Below the pieces are notes generated by a model. The model was not told where the DNA came from and ran no database searches. It saw only the letters and a list, made by a program, of their open reading frames with translations. A stretch of 64,000 nt of DNA from Octopus vulgaris (taxonomy: Eukaryota), in assembly GCA_951406725.2 (NCBI GenBank), contig OX597827.1, positions 18,538,001 to 18,602,000 of the forward strand, in the 5' to 3' direction. Of the stretch, positions 12,919 through 26,408 are shown one piece after another (the stretch's first letter is position 1; each line of letters begins with the position of its first letter). A program made the position numbers and the translations under genes.

Positions 12919-13055
12919 CAGAAATAAAGAAGGAAAGAAAGATAGAAGAAAGAAAAAAGAAGAAAGAAAGAAAGAAAGAAAGAAGGAAAGAAAGATAGGA
13001 AGAAAGAAAGAAAGAAAGAAGAAAGAAAGAAGGAAAGAAAGATAGGAAGAAAGAC

Positions 13056-13130
<75 letters not shown>

Positions 13131-13470
13131 CAGAAAGCAAGAAAGACAGAAGGAAAGACAGAAAGAAAGAAAGAAAGAAAGACAGACAGAAAGAAAGAAA
13201 GAAAGAAAGACAGACAGAAAGAAAAGAAGGAAGAAAGAAGGAAAGAAAGACAGAAAGAAAGACAGAAAGAAAAGAAGGAAGAAAGAGTGAGAAATAGAGA
13301 AGTGAATTTAAGAAGATTGGGAGGAGATGAAAGATTGTAAGTAAAAGAGAAAGAGAAAGAAAAAGAGAGAGCCAGAAAGAAATGAAGGAAAAAATAAAAT
13401 CTTTAAAGAGAGATGAAGGAGAATCGACGATTAAAAAAGAGAAAAGAAAGAACGAGAGAGAGAGAGAGAG
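11787..13470. repeat. Complex (GAAA)n/(GGAA)n/(GACA) polypurine tract
   Basis: About 1.7 kb, almost purely purine on +; source of the FLSF-repeat ORFs; preceded by (GATA)n at 11523-11640. Confidence 0.95.
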
Positions 13471-13629
13471 GGGGTAGAAGTATAGGGTGGTGGATGCAGT
13501 AACGCCGATGTTTGAGGGGTAGAGTATGTTTAAGGGTGCCGGCAGTGGTGTCGCGTCTTGTTTAGATGGGGTACATGATGAATGGATGACTGACTAACAA
13601 CAACAACAATAAGAAAAAGTCCCTCTTTT

Positions 13630-13664
13630 ACACACACACACAGACACATACACACACATGCATG

Positions 13665-13696
<32 letters not shown>

Positions 13697-13813
13697 TGTA
13701 TGTATGTATACACGTATGTGTGTATGTATATCGTATGTGTGTATGTATATCTGCAAATATTTCTATACGTAATGTCGAGTTTGAATGACTGAGTGTGATC
13801 CCTATGCGGGATG

Positions 13814-13866
<53 letters not shown>

Positions 13867-14053
13867 TGTGTGTGTGTGGTTGTGGTTTTTGCATGTGCGT
13901 GTGTATGTATATGCGTATTTACATAGATACACGCTTGCACACACACACACACAAACACACACACATATATATGCACAAATACCCAAATATATGTAATCAA
14001 TGTATACACATACATATATATACACGCGCACACGTATACATATATTAGATATT

Positions 14054-14103
<50 letters not shown>

Positions 14104-14143
14104 TATATATATATATATATCTATATCTATCTATCTATCTATC

Positions 14144-14188
<45 letters not shown>

Positions 14189-14571
14189 TAAATAAATAGA
14201 TAGATAGATAGATAGATAGATATACATACATACATATATATACATATATACTTACATACATACACACATATATACATATATACATACATATATGATATGA
14301 GTATGTACAAGATAGATGGATAGATGAAGATATATAAATGTTTTTTTATAAATATACATATAATGATATATCTATAAATATATAAACATTTACAGATATA
14401 CATATATATATTATATATGTATATGTGTGTGCGTGTATACTCTATAAATATATATATATTTGTATGTATATTTGTACATACATATGCTATACATACGCAC
14501 ACGCACATACATACTATACTCACACACTACGTACACGAGTCGATGTATCTATTTGACTCTGTGTCTGTGTT

Positions 14572-14611
<40 letters not shown>

Positions 14612-15128
14612 TGTGCGTGCGTCTGAATGCGAGGATGTTTGTGCTATGTATACGCGGGTGGCGGTGAATGTAGAGGGAGGTTGCGAAGGGAATTTAGAGA
14701 GGAGACGTTCTGTCGCCACTAATTGTTACCGTATACAACGTTAGTGCGTCTATTTAATGGATGCGTGTCTTGCTCCGTATTTGCACGTATGTATGTATGT
14801 ATGTATGTATGTGTGTATGTATGTATGTATGTATGTATGTATGTATGTATGTATGTATGGATGTATGGATGTATGTATGTACGTATATATATAAATGTAT
14901 TTACATATACATATATAAATACACACTCACAAATGTGTTTGTACATGTCTGTATATGTATATATGGGTATATATATATGTAATATATATATATATATGTT
15001 GTATATATACATATATGTGTGTGTATATATGTTTGTATATATATGTGTGTGTGTGTGTGTATATAAATAGATATAGATATAGATACACACACACACATAC
15101 ACATACACACACACACACACATACACAT

Positions 15129-15194
<66 letters not shown>

Positions 15195-15195
15195 G
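13630..15195. repeat. Compound (TA)n/(CA)n/(TG)n/(TATG)n microsatellite field
   Basis: Directly visible. Confidence 0.95.
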
Positions 15196-15964
15196 TATAT
15201 ACTTATGTACTACGAGTTTCGTTCATTGACCTACACCTATGTTAGGATCCCATTTTCAAGCATTCAGTCAACGATGTCACTCCAATACTTCAGACCCCCC
15301 CTTATTTTAGGGGCTCTCTGCATATCGAATGCCTACATGTGCGTGCGTGCGTGCCTCACACTGCATGTGTGTGTGGTGGTGGTGGTGGGGGGGGGGTTTC
15401 TTCTACCAGATGACACTCGCAAGGTATCGGTCCTTCCGAAGCTGCAGTGCTTGAAGTAGGCTCGAACCCCCGAACCACGTGGTGCGAACGATTTACTTGA
15501 GTCACACCGCCGTGCCTGCTTAACTGGCACTCCGTCGGTTACGACGACTACGAGGGTTCCGGTTGATCCGATAAAACGGAACGGCCTGCTCGTGAAATTA
15601 AGATGCAAGTGGCTGAGCACACCGCAGACATGTACCCTTAATGGACTTCTCGTTGAGACTCAGCATAACACAGGGTGTGACAAGGCTGGCCCCTTTTAAA
15701 TTACAGGTACAACTCCTTTTTGCCAGCTGAGTGGGCTGGGGCAATGTGAAATAAAGTGTCTTGCTCAAGGACACAACCTTACTACCATCGTGACCCGAAT
15801 ACCCTAACGCGCCTTCACTCGCTGTGCCTGTATACACACACAATATGGATACACACACACTATGGATACTCACACACACACACATACACACACACACACA
15901 TGTAGACGCATTATACATCCATCCTATCTCCATTATACATCCATCCAAAAGCTCTATCTACGAC

Positions 15965-16195
15965 GATTTCATCTCAATCGAAGGAGAGGGGCTTTCTCCG
16001 TCCGGGTTGCGGATCCGTGGAATAAGCTGCCGGACGAGATAGTGAAGATGCCGACGACCGCTCGATTCAAAATCTCTCTTGACCGGAAATGGCCTGAGCT
16101 CTTTGTATGACCACCCTCCCTGTACATAACTCCTTGTCCCCCTACATGGCCTTGCTTTTTGCTTTTTGAGCCAATAAAAATTGAATTGAATTGAA
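15965..16195 (+). mobile_element. 3' end of a CR1/L2-type LINE
   Basis: HLNRRRGAFSVRVADPWNKLPDEIVKMPTTARFKISLD matches the CR1-clade ORF2 C-terminus (FSxRVVxxWNxLP...FKxxLD); tail aataaaaa(ttgaa)n. Confidence 0.75.
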
Positions 16196-16297
16196 AAAAA
16201 AAATCCTTATATTCATACATCAATCGATGATAGCTGTCGACTCGTAGACAAATATGACGATCGCTGACAAATTATTTTATCCGAAATGTTAAAGACA

Positions 16298-16605
16298 TGG
16301 AGGTACATGGCCTAGTGGTTAGAGCAGTGGAGTCACGGTCGAGGGATCGCGCGTTCGAGTCTCAGACCGAACAATGTGTGTGTTTACGAGCGAAACACCT
16401 AAGCTCCGCGCGGCTCCGGCAGAAGGTAATGGCAAACATCTGATGACTTTTTTTGCCAAAACCTTCTCTCACTCTTTCCTCCTGCATCTTGCAGCTCACC
16501 TGCGACGGACCGGCGTCCCGTCCAGGTGGGGAACCTATACGCCAAGGAAACCGGGAAACCGGCCCTTATGAGCCAGGCATGGCTCGAGAAGGAACAAATA
16601 ACAAC
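16298..16605 (+). mobile_element. SINE family C, full length with 14-bp TSD
   Basis: tRNA-like head TGGCCTAGTGG...GTTCGAGTC and (AAC)n tail; TSD aaatgttaaagaca at 16284-16297 and 16606-16619. Confidence 0.88.
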
Positions 16606-16849
16606 AAATGTTAAAGACAATGGCTGTCAGCAATGTGCATGTTGAGACTTATAGCCAAGAACAGTACATTGATGCCAGAGGATCTTTTGAAGATTTTGAA
16701 GATTAGCGTTTGGTCCTTCTTTGAAATTAATAGATGTCTCTCCTGTAAATTTCTCAAAACGTCTCGAATGCACTTCATACAACCCCACTATGATTCTCTT
16801 CTTCAAAACGAAATATAAGTAGGTAAAGTTACTTTCTCGAGTCCTACTA

Positions 16850-17075
16850 ACTCATAAGGCTCGGTTTTTCGGTTCCCCGGCGTATACATTCCCCACCTGG
16901 ACGGAACGCCGGTCCGTCGCAGAATTACTCATTTTCGCCAGGTGAGTGGACTGGAGCAACGTGAAAATGAAGTGTTTTGCTCAAGAACACAACGTGTCGC
17001 CCGATCCAGGAAGTGAAACCACAACCTTGCGATCATGAGTCCAACTCCCTAACCACTAAGCTACGAGCTTCCACA
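16850..17075 (-). mobile_element. SINE related to families C/E
   Basis: Shares the ccccacctggacgg..cgccggtccgtcgc segment with family C and the ctggagcaacgtgaaa...gctcaagaacacaac core with family E. Confidence 0.65.
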
Positions 17076-17364
17076 ACAAACCCAAGTAGTCCAGAGACAA
17101 GCGAAAGCAAAATCTCCAAATTTGCAATGAGACAGGTGTTATTTCAGAATGTCCTTCTTTTAGGGGGATATCTCAACAAAGGCTAGGGGTCTCTCGCTCC
17201 CTGCTGTTGGATGATTGTGGGCTCTACTTAGTTTGTTCATCCGTTCTAGGATGGGTTTTGCTCTCTCGTCTTGTAAGATATCCAACAAAGAACTGCATGC
17301 ATGCAGGCATCAGCCCGCAGCCTTTCACCTCATAGCTATCCCACGCATGCGCTGGTACGGACAT

Positions 17365-17754
17365 ATTTCTTTATTACCCACAAGAGGCTAAACATAGAGG
17401 GGACAAACAAGGACAGACATAGGTATGAAGTCGATTACATCGACCCCAGTGCGTAACTGGTACTTAATTTATCGACCCCGAAAGAATGAAAGGCAAAGTC
17501 GACCTCGGCGGAATTTGAACTCAGAACGTAACGGCAGACGAAATACCTATTTCTTTATTACCCACAAGGGGCTAAACACAGAGGGGACAAACAAGGACAG
17601 ACATAGGTATGAAGTCGATTACATCGACCCCAGTGCGTAACTGGTACTTAATTTATCGACCCCGAAAGGATGAAAGGCAAAGTCGACCTCGGCGGAATTT
17701 GACCACTAAGTATTTGGCCCAGTATACTAACGTTTCTGCCAGCTCGCCGCCTTT
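17365..17754 (-). mobile_element. SINE family B tandem dimer with 18-bp TSD
   Basis: Two head-to-tail bodies and one head; TSD atgcgctggtacggacat at 17347-17364 and 17755-17772. Confidence 0.85.
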
Positions 17755-17834
17755 ATGCGCTGGTACGGACATGTCCTCCGTCTCCCACCAAATCATCCTA
17801 CCAGGGCCTTACTCTCATTCGACTCAACAGCTGC

Positions 17835-18005
17835 AGGCTGGAAGAGGCTTCGTAACAGGCCCTCGCACCAGATGGCTGGACGTGATTAAGGAAGACCTGA
17901 AGAAGCTCGACGTCACCTTGTCGGATGCAGAGGAGCTGGCACGAGACCAGCAGCGATAGAGAGTACTGGTGGATCTGGTCGGCTCTGCGCACAATGACGC
18001 GTGAC
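17835..18005 (+). mobile_element. 3' fragment of an RTE-clade LINE
   Basis: GPRTRWLDVIKEDLKKL...AEELARDQ..R resembles the RTE C-terminal GRPxxRWxDxIxxDL...AxDRxxWR motif. Confidence 0.65.
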
Positions 18006-18456
18006 TCTGAGACCAATCACCTCAGATGGCGCCAACCAACCCCATCAAGCAAGAACATGAAGCAAGCAAGCAGGCAAAGGTATCCGACGAAAACCACCGT
18101 CATTGCAAAACAGTCTTGGTAGGGATGCCGATGGCCTGACTGTGCGATAGGTTGAACTGGGTTACATGTTAATATCCATCCATCCATCCATACATACATT
18201 CATCCATCCATCCATCCATCCATCCATCCATACATACATACATACATACATACATACATCCATCCATCCATCCATCCATACATACATACATACATACATA
18301 CATACATGCATACACACACCCTCCGAATACACAGTGGCGGCAGAATAAAAATGTGTAAAACATTTTAAAGATGCTGCATTTGAGATTCTTTAATCGAATA
18401 TGTGCACACACTCGGTTGTATGCGTCTACATAGACACATATTTAACACTTAATCAC

Positions 18457-18520
<64 letters not shown>

Positions 18521-19860
18521 ACAAACACCTAAGTACTAAAGTGACATGTTTACAATAGGACACCTACGTATATGCACACAGTAGCTCAACTGCATATTTA
18601 CAAACCCAGGGAACAGTCAAAATACCTGGTCACTTCGTTAGCGGCCGACTTCAAAACCATGCAGAAAATTTTAAAGGGAAGGTTTAGCATTTAAACTGGC
18701 CATGTGTGGCCCAAATATTCTACTTGTTTTATAATATTAAAACTGACCAGATCCGGCTTTATACACCTACCCGAAAATGCCATTCCAATAATACTTTCTG
18801 CTATAGGTGCAAGGCCTGAAATTTGAGGAGTGAGGTGTGAGTCGATTACATTGACCCCCATTGCGTAACTGGTACTTATCTTATCAACCTTGAAAAGCAT
18901 GGATGGCTAAGTTGACCTCGGTGTAGTTTGAACTCAGAATGTAAAGAAGGAAGAAATGCGGCTAAACATTTACAAAAGTGCTTCCATGGACGCAGGCGCG
19001 GCGGAATAGTAAGAAGCTTGCTTCCCAATTACATGATTCCGGGTTCAATCCCACTGCGTGAAACATTAGGCAACAGTCTTCTATTGTAGCCTCGGATCGA
19101 CTAATGTTTAGTGTTAGAGGGAAACTGAAAGAAGCTTGTCGTATGTGTGTGTTTGCATGCGCGTGCGTACGCTTAGCAACCGGTGTTGGTTTGTTTACTT
19201 CTACGTACAATAGCGGTTCGACAAAAGAGCGATAAAAGAAACCAGACTTAAAAAAAATTAAGTATTGAGGTTGATTTGTTCAACTAAATCCTTGAAAGAA
19301 GCGCCCTCGCAGGGGCTGCAATCCAATGACAGAAACAAGGGAACGATGACCTCCCTCGCAAATACTAATCGGACACAGACTGTGTGTCATTGGCCAGTTA
19401 GAGATGTCTTCCTGAGGCTAAAAACAACAGTAGCACCGTCCTCGCGTGATCACCTTTCTTTTCTTTCAATCTGTCTTATAGACCAGACGCATTCTTATCT
19501 GTCTCCTCTTCTATCTTTTCTCTTGTCAAACACAATATTCCATTCCTCCAGCGTTCCCTACGTTACTTACCTCGTCTGGCCTAAGGGCCCTCCATGTTTG
19601 TATTCGTTTGGTTTGTTGTATGTCACCACTGCCCTGTTTTTGTTACCAACTTTGACCCTCTGCAAATCCCAAATTTATTTTGGTTCGCGGGAGCAACTGC
19701 CTTTTCGAAGTCTCATATTGTCGACATTTGATGAAGGGTCGTTTTTTTTATGCTAATTGCCTTGTTTTCCATTTGTTTCTCTCGTTGTTCGCATACCCAA
19801 GTTTGTCTTCGTGTTTCATGTTGTTTACGTTTTGTGACGTCCTGTACCCATATATACATA

Positions 19861-19906
<46 letters not shown>

Positions 19907-20595
19907 CAGGGAGAGAGAAAGTATTAATGTATATATATATACGACAGGCCTCTTTCAGTTTCCGTCTGCCAAATCCACTCACAAGGCTTAGATCGGCTCG
20001 AGGCTATAGCAGAAGATACTTACCAAAGGCGTCACGCAGTGGGACTGAACCCGAAACCATGAATTTGGGAAGCAAGCTTCTTACCACACTGCCACTCCTG
20101 CGCCATATATATATATATATAATATAAATACTATATAAATATATCGATATTTATAATATAATATTCTCGCACCATACCATATTATTATTATTACGTGCTG
20201 TACATATGAATTTTGTTCCATCTTGCGGGTTATATGTTTATTCTATAATTAAATGTTCGAATTATGAAATGACATGCGGTTGATTTTGTATTTGCTTGTT
20301 CAATGATTTTAGTTTGATACTATATAAATATATGCATATATGCATACATATATGTACATACCTACATATGTATGTATATATACACATGCATATATGGATA
20401 CAGGACATTAAAAAAAACGTTGAACACAATGAAAAACCAAAACATAAAAACAAAAACATAGAAACGAACATTTTTTCGAACAACAAAAAAACCCCAGAGA
20501 AATGAGACATACGACATAAAGAATATTCCCCTTATTATTGTTATAATCATTGTTCAGGTCACTGCCTAGAATTGAACTCGGATTCCAGGCAGTGA

Positions 20596-20714
<119 letters not shown>

Positions 20715-20774
20715 CCATCAACAACAACATCGAAAAATACCTTAAGAATGAGAACCCAGGTTCGAAATGTTCCT

Positions 20775-20823
20775 AAGACACCTGATGAAGGCTGGAGGGT
20801 ATATCAGCTGAAACGTTGTGTTA
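20775..20823 (+). ncRNA. Minimal type I hammerhead ribozyme (Penelope-type)
   Basis: gacac-CTGATGA-a-ggctg-loop-cagct-GAAA-cg-TT-gtgtt: stem I gacac/gtgtt, palindromic ACGT helix III, GUU cleavage triplet. Confidence 0.6.
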
Positions 20824-20864
20824 ACAACAAACAAGATGAGGACAAATATCCGTCAAATGTAAAT

Positions 20865-21019
20865 AGTGGTAAGTAGCTTGCTAACCAACCACATGGTTCC
20901 GGGTTCAGTCCCACTGCGTGGCATCTTGGGCAAGTGTCTTCTGCTATAGCCCCGGGCCGACCAATGCCTTGTCAGTGGATTTGGCAGACGGAAACTGAAA
21001 GAAGCCTGTCGTATATATG

Positions 21020-21084
<65 letters not shown>

Positions 21085-21319
21085 ATGTGTGTGTATGTGT
21101 GTGTATGTGTTTGTGTGTCTGTGTTTGTCCTCCTAGCATTGCTTGACAACCGATGCTGGTGTGTTTACGTCCCCGTCACAGCGGTTCGGCAAAATAGACC
21201 GATAGAATAAGTACTAGGCTTACAAAGAATAAGTCCCGGGGTCGATTTGCTCGACTAAGAGGTGGTGCTCCAGCATGGCCGCAGTCAAACGACTGAAACA
21301 AGTAAAAGAGTAAAAGAGT
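20865..21319 (+). mobile_element. SINE family A
   Basis: Match from gtggtaagtagcttgc to the gtaaaagagtaaaagag tail. Confidence 0.85.
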
Positions 21320-21429
21320 AGTGTACATTATTCCTCATCTCTTAAATATAGAATTATAAATTCAGAAGTGTTCTCATTTGTACGTACGTGTTCATATGCG
21401 TTGTGTATGAGTTGTACTCCATGATCTAG

Positions 21430-21503
<74 letters not shown>

Positions 21504-21527
21504 ATTATATATAAATACGCTAAAATG

Positions 21528-22500
21528 CGTGACCAACCTGTTTCCAAAAGAGGTCAAATTATTGGAGCGCATATGGCATAGAGCTTCAGTCACTAAAACT
21601 GCTGAATCGTTTAATACTACCAGAGGTACAGTCTCGAAAATCGTGTTGTTAGTCCGAAGCTATGGCGAAAACAGTTCAGCTCTAGCAAGCATAACTTTGA
21701 ACGGAAGGTAAAAGTCACTTAGAGGAGACCGCAGAATAAGAAAACGTATTTGCATTTTAAAAACAAAAACCCATCGAACTACGGCAGCAAAAGCCACAGA
21801 AGAACTAGACCATCATCTTGCCAAACCTATGTCGACCAAAGCCGTTTGTCGAGAGCGCCATTGTTTGTTCTTTCTCGCGCCATGCCTGGCTCATAAGGGC
21901 CGGTTTCCCGGTTTCCTTGGCGTATAGATTCCCCACCTGGACGGGACGCCGGTCCGTCGCAGGTGAGCTGCAAGATGCAGGAGGAAAGAGTGAGAGAAAG
22001 TTGTGGCGAAAGAGTCATCAGAAGTTCGCCAGTACCTTCTGCCGGGCCTCGTGGAGCTTAGGTGCTTTCGCTCATAAACACACGCATCGCCCGGTTTGGG
22101 ATTCGAACCTGCGATCCCTCGACCGCGAGTCCGCTGCTCTAACCACTAGGCCATGCGCCTCCACAAGAGAGCGCCATTAAACAACATTTGTCGCTGATAG
22201 TGACGCAGTCTTCCACAGCAATAAAGGGCAGATTTACACAGCTAGTGTTATTCAAAATTAATACGAGGGGCACAAACGTGGAGCAGACCAATTGGACTGG
22301 CCCCCACAGTCACCAAATCTTAACATACTCGAAAATCTATGGCGCAATATGGGGCAGCAAGTGAGGAACCGTTTTCCATCGTCACTGAAAGAGCTAAAGC
22401 AGATTTATTTGAAGAATGGCTCGAAATTCCCCCAACAGCTGTTCCGAACCTGTATGAGTAAATTCTTCAACGTATTAAATCTATTGATCTGTGCTATGGC
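21528..22500 (+). pseudogene. Decayed Tc1-like transposase interrupted by a SINE
   Basis: Fragments ASVTKTAESFNTTRGTVSKI (Tc1 HTH), RTTAAKATEELDHHL and DWPPQSPNLNILENLW (WPxxSPDLNPIENLW catalytic-E motif); frameshifted and internally deleted. Confidence 0.8.
21863..22166 (-). mobile_element. SINE family C with 12-bp TSD, nested in the Tc1 relic
   Basis: Reverse complement of 16298-16605; TSD gagagcgccatt at 21851-21862 and 22167-22178. Confidence 0.88.
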
Positions 22501-22594
22501 ATCTATTACTCTTTTTTCCAACAGTCAACGCTCTCTCTCTCTTTCTTTCCCCTCCTTTCTCTCTTTCCCCTTCCTCTTTCTCTCTCTCTGGAAG

Positions 22595-22935
22595 AGATTT
22601 GGTAAAGCCCTTCGGTCACGAATGATCAGGGGATTGTACATAGAAAGTTCCCCTCCAAAGCTCAAGTCCTGGCAAGGTTGTTTTACGGAAGACCAGAAGT
22701 CGCCCATGCATACCAAGCCCCCTTCTCCACGCCACCAATGTTGTCTAAGGGAAAGGCAAAGTTCGATAGAGCTTGACACCATGACATTCCAAATCACTTC
22801 TATAGCTCAGTGAACTGGAACAACATAAAAAAAAGTGTGTTGCCCAAGAACACAACACACAGCCCGGTCCGGGAATCGAACTCACTACCTCATGATTGTG
22901 AGTCCGACGCTCTAACCACTGAGCCATGGGCGTTC
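22595..22935 (-). mobile_element. SINE family E
   Basis: Reverse-complement match to 45531-45855; head TGGCTCAGTGG...GAGTTCGATTCCC. Confidence 0.75.
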
Positions 22936-23461
22936 GCGGATGCGGAATAGCAAAAAAGAAAATGGCTACAAAAGAAGTTGACCATATTGAGACCGACGGG
23001 TCAAAAGAATACTGGCGGAACTTTAAAATTAGAAAGGCCACCAAATCAAAACGCAACCGGTCAGATATCGTTGCGTAGGTCCACAAAGAGAAAATATGTT
23101 CTGTTGTGGAAATCAGCTGCTGTCTAGACACGAATGTGGTTAGAAAAATACAAGAGAATCAGGACATTTATGGATCATTGGTAAGGAGTTTGCAAACCCA
23201 GAACCCAAGATACGCTTGGTTTGGCTGGAGCGCCGTTTCGAGGAGTTTTTAGTCGAACGAAGCGGCACCACTTTTTTTTAAAATTAAGCCTGGTACTTAT
23301 ACTATCGGACTTCTTTGCAGAACCGATAATTTACGTGGACGTAAACAAACCAGCACCGGTTGTCAAGTGGTGGTGAGGACAGGCACAAACACATACATAC
23401 ATACATACACATTTACTCACTTTGGTCGGCCTGAGGCTACAGAAGAAAACACTTTTTTTTC

Positions 23462-24055
23462 TTTTCTACGCTTGGCACGAGACGTGAAATTTTGGAGGAG
23501 GGGTCCAGTTGATTAGATCAACCTCAGTACATAACTGGTACTTAATTTATCGATCCAGAAAGGATGAAAGGCTAAGTCCACCTCGGCGGAATTTGAACAC
23601 AGAACGTAAACACAGATGAAATACCGTTGGGCATTTCTCATTTCTTTATCACCCACAAGGGGCTAAACACAAAGGGGACAAACAAGGACAGACAAATGAA
23701 TTAAGTGGATTACATCGACCCCAGTGCGTAGCTGGTACTTAATTTATGAACTCCGAAAGAATGAACGGCAAAGTCGACCTCGGCAGATTTTGAACTCAGA
23801 ACGTAACAGCAGACGAAATATCTATTTCTTTACTACCCACAAGGGGCTAAACACAGAGATGACAAACAAGGACAGACAAACGGATTAAGTCAATTATATC
23901 GATCGCAGTGCGTAACTGGTACTTAATTTATCGACCCCGAAAAGATGAAAGGCAAAGTCGACCTCGGCGGAACTTGAACTCAGAACGTAACGGCAGACGA
24001 AATACCGCTAAGCATTTCGGCCGGCTTGCTAACGTTTCTGCCAGCTCGCCGCCTT
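23462..24055 (-). mobile_element. SINE family B tandem trimer
   Basis: Three ~185-bp bodies (gtaactggtacttaatttatcga...ggcaaagtcgacctcggcggaatttgaactcagaacg) and a single head ending ...gctcgccgcctt. Confidence 0.8.
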
Positions 24056-24954
24056 AATAGAAGAAAGCATTTGCCCATACTATGGGATTGAACCTGGAGC
24101 CACATGGTTGGAAAACATATACATATGTAGGGCAGGCGCGGCTGTGGGGTAAGAAGCTTGTTTGCCAACCATATATATATATATATATAAAAGAAATGAA
24201 CTAATGCCTTCAATTTACTATGCAAAAATTTTTACCATCGTGCTCGAATGACTGTAATCAAAGTTAAAAATAGAATTTAAAATTAACACACGGAAATGAA
24301 CGGCTTTAGTAATTAACTGAATAAATATTTCGTAGCTGTACTTCAAATGTTTTTCTTTTTCATTTCGCCCCGTACAAAGCGATTAACAAGATGGCTGGAT
24401 ATAAGTGAAAGGAATCAGATTTAGAATAATATATATATATATATATATATAAGTACGATTAATTCAAGAAGACGGTTGAAAATAAAATCAAGCTGCATAT
24501 TGCAATAATTACATATGTGTGTGTATGTGTGTATATATTTACATATATACATATGTATATACACGTGTGTATATATATATATATATATATATATTTATAA
24601 ATGGATACATATATATGCCCAATGTTTGTGCATATATGTGAGTATGTGTCTATGTGCACGCATGAATATAATATATGCATATATACATACATACATACAT
24701 ACATACATATAAACATACATATATATATATATATATATATTATATATACATACATATATATACTTATATATATGTGTGTGTATATATATATGTGTCTATA
24801 TATATGTATGTATATATGTATATATATATGTATGTATATATGTATATATATATGTATATATATGTATATATATGCACATATATATATTTACATATATATA
24901 TGTATATATATACATATCTACATACATACATGCATACATACATACATACATACA

Positions 24955-25025
<71 letters not shown>

Positions 25026-25041
25026 GTCTGCATATGTATGT

Positions 25042-25086
<45 letters not shown>

Positions 25087-25944
25087 CGTATGGTATCGAA
25101 TTTGTGGAGTTAAGCCTCAGATAGACTACTTGGCGGTTACTGTTTCGCCCTCGTGCATTCTGTGTTCGAATCCTGACTCTTCACTGGAGGAAAAAGAAAA
25201 CTGTGGGCCCGGGAAGTTTTTAATCAATGCCATTCTTTATCCAACCTACCAGCTAACTACGACTTAAATGATTTTTCAATCACAGGTATAGTTCGGTCCA
25301 AGGTACCGCGCAGAGAGAGTGAACCCAAAACCACCTGGTCGCAAAGTGAGCTTCTTAACCACTCAGCTGTGCCTGCGCCAATAAATCTCGTTTTTCTTGC
25401 CAGCGAAAGCCACGAATCTTTACTCGAAATGAGAATCGCGGGATAAAAATAGACTTATAAAAATAGATATTTCTCTAAAAGATTCAAATGGCTGCCCTAT
25501 GACTATTTATTTTAAAATAGCTCGCATAAAACTCACTCTTATGTTAATTCCATAATTGCCGGACTTTAAGACTCGACGTGTAGAAAGTGAGAGATCTTTG
25601 ATTGAATACTTCCGCTCATTAATGCTTTCTGAATTGAATACTTCCGTTAAGTTTTTACTAAGTCCAATAAACGTAAACGTCCTTCGTTTTGTTTTTAATC
25701 ATTACCTTCGAATTTCATGTTGATAATGAATAATACAATATCAATTATGATAACATCAATGGATTTTTATCAAAAAAAGAATAACTGACAGCCAAGGTGA
25801 GATTTCAAGCGGTTCTACTTCGATGAATAAAAGCTTGTTGTATGTACGTGATAGTTTGAGTTTTTCAATAGCAACACCACCATTGCAGAACTTAACTCTT
25901 TCGTTACAATAATTCTGTTTTGATAAGCTGCCTCTGCTTCCCTT

Positions 25945-25984
<40 letters not shown>

Positions 25985-25993
<9 letters not shown>

Positions 25994-26208
25994 ACTCTTC
26001 TACTTGTTTCAGTCGTTTGACTGCGGCCATTCTGGAGCACCGCCTTTAATCGAGCAAATCGACCCCCAGGACTTATTCTTTGTAAGCCTAGTACTTATTC
26101 TATCAGTCTCTTTTTGCCGAACCGCTAAGTTACTGGGACGTAAACACACCAGCATCGGTTGTCAAGCGTTGCTGGGGAGGGGGGACAAATACAAACACAC
26201 AAACATAT

Positions 26209-26241
<33 letters not shown>

Positions 26242-26408
26242 AACATATATACGACGGGCTTCTTTCAGTTTCCGTCTACCAAATCCACTCACAAGGCTTT
26301 GGTCGGCCTGAGGGTATAGTAGAAGACACTTGCCCAAGGTGCTATGCAGTGGGACTGAACCCGGAACCATGTGGTTCGTAAGCAAGCTACTTACCACACA
26401 GCCACTCT
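25985..26408 (-). mobile_element. SINE family A
   Basis: Sequence match to the family. Confidence 0.85.

Noticed and set aside
11441-13140. Long ORFs of 270-540 aa (FLSF repeats)
   Set aside because: Translations of the (TTTC)n microsatellite; no stops only because of composition.
16298-16370. tRNA genes at SINE heads (also 22095-22166, 42627-42700, 45531-45605)
   Set aside because: A and B boxes are present but there is no proper acceptor stem, and they continue into SINE bodies with tails and TSDs.
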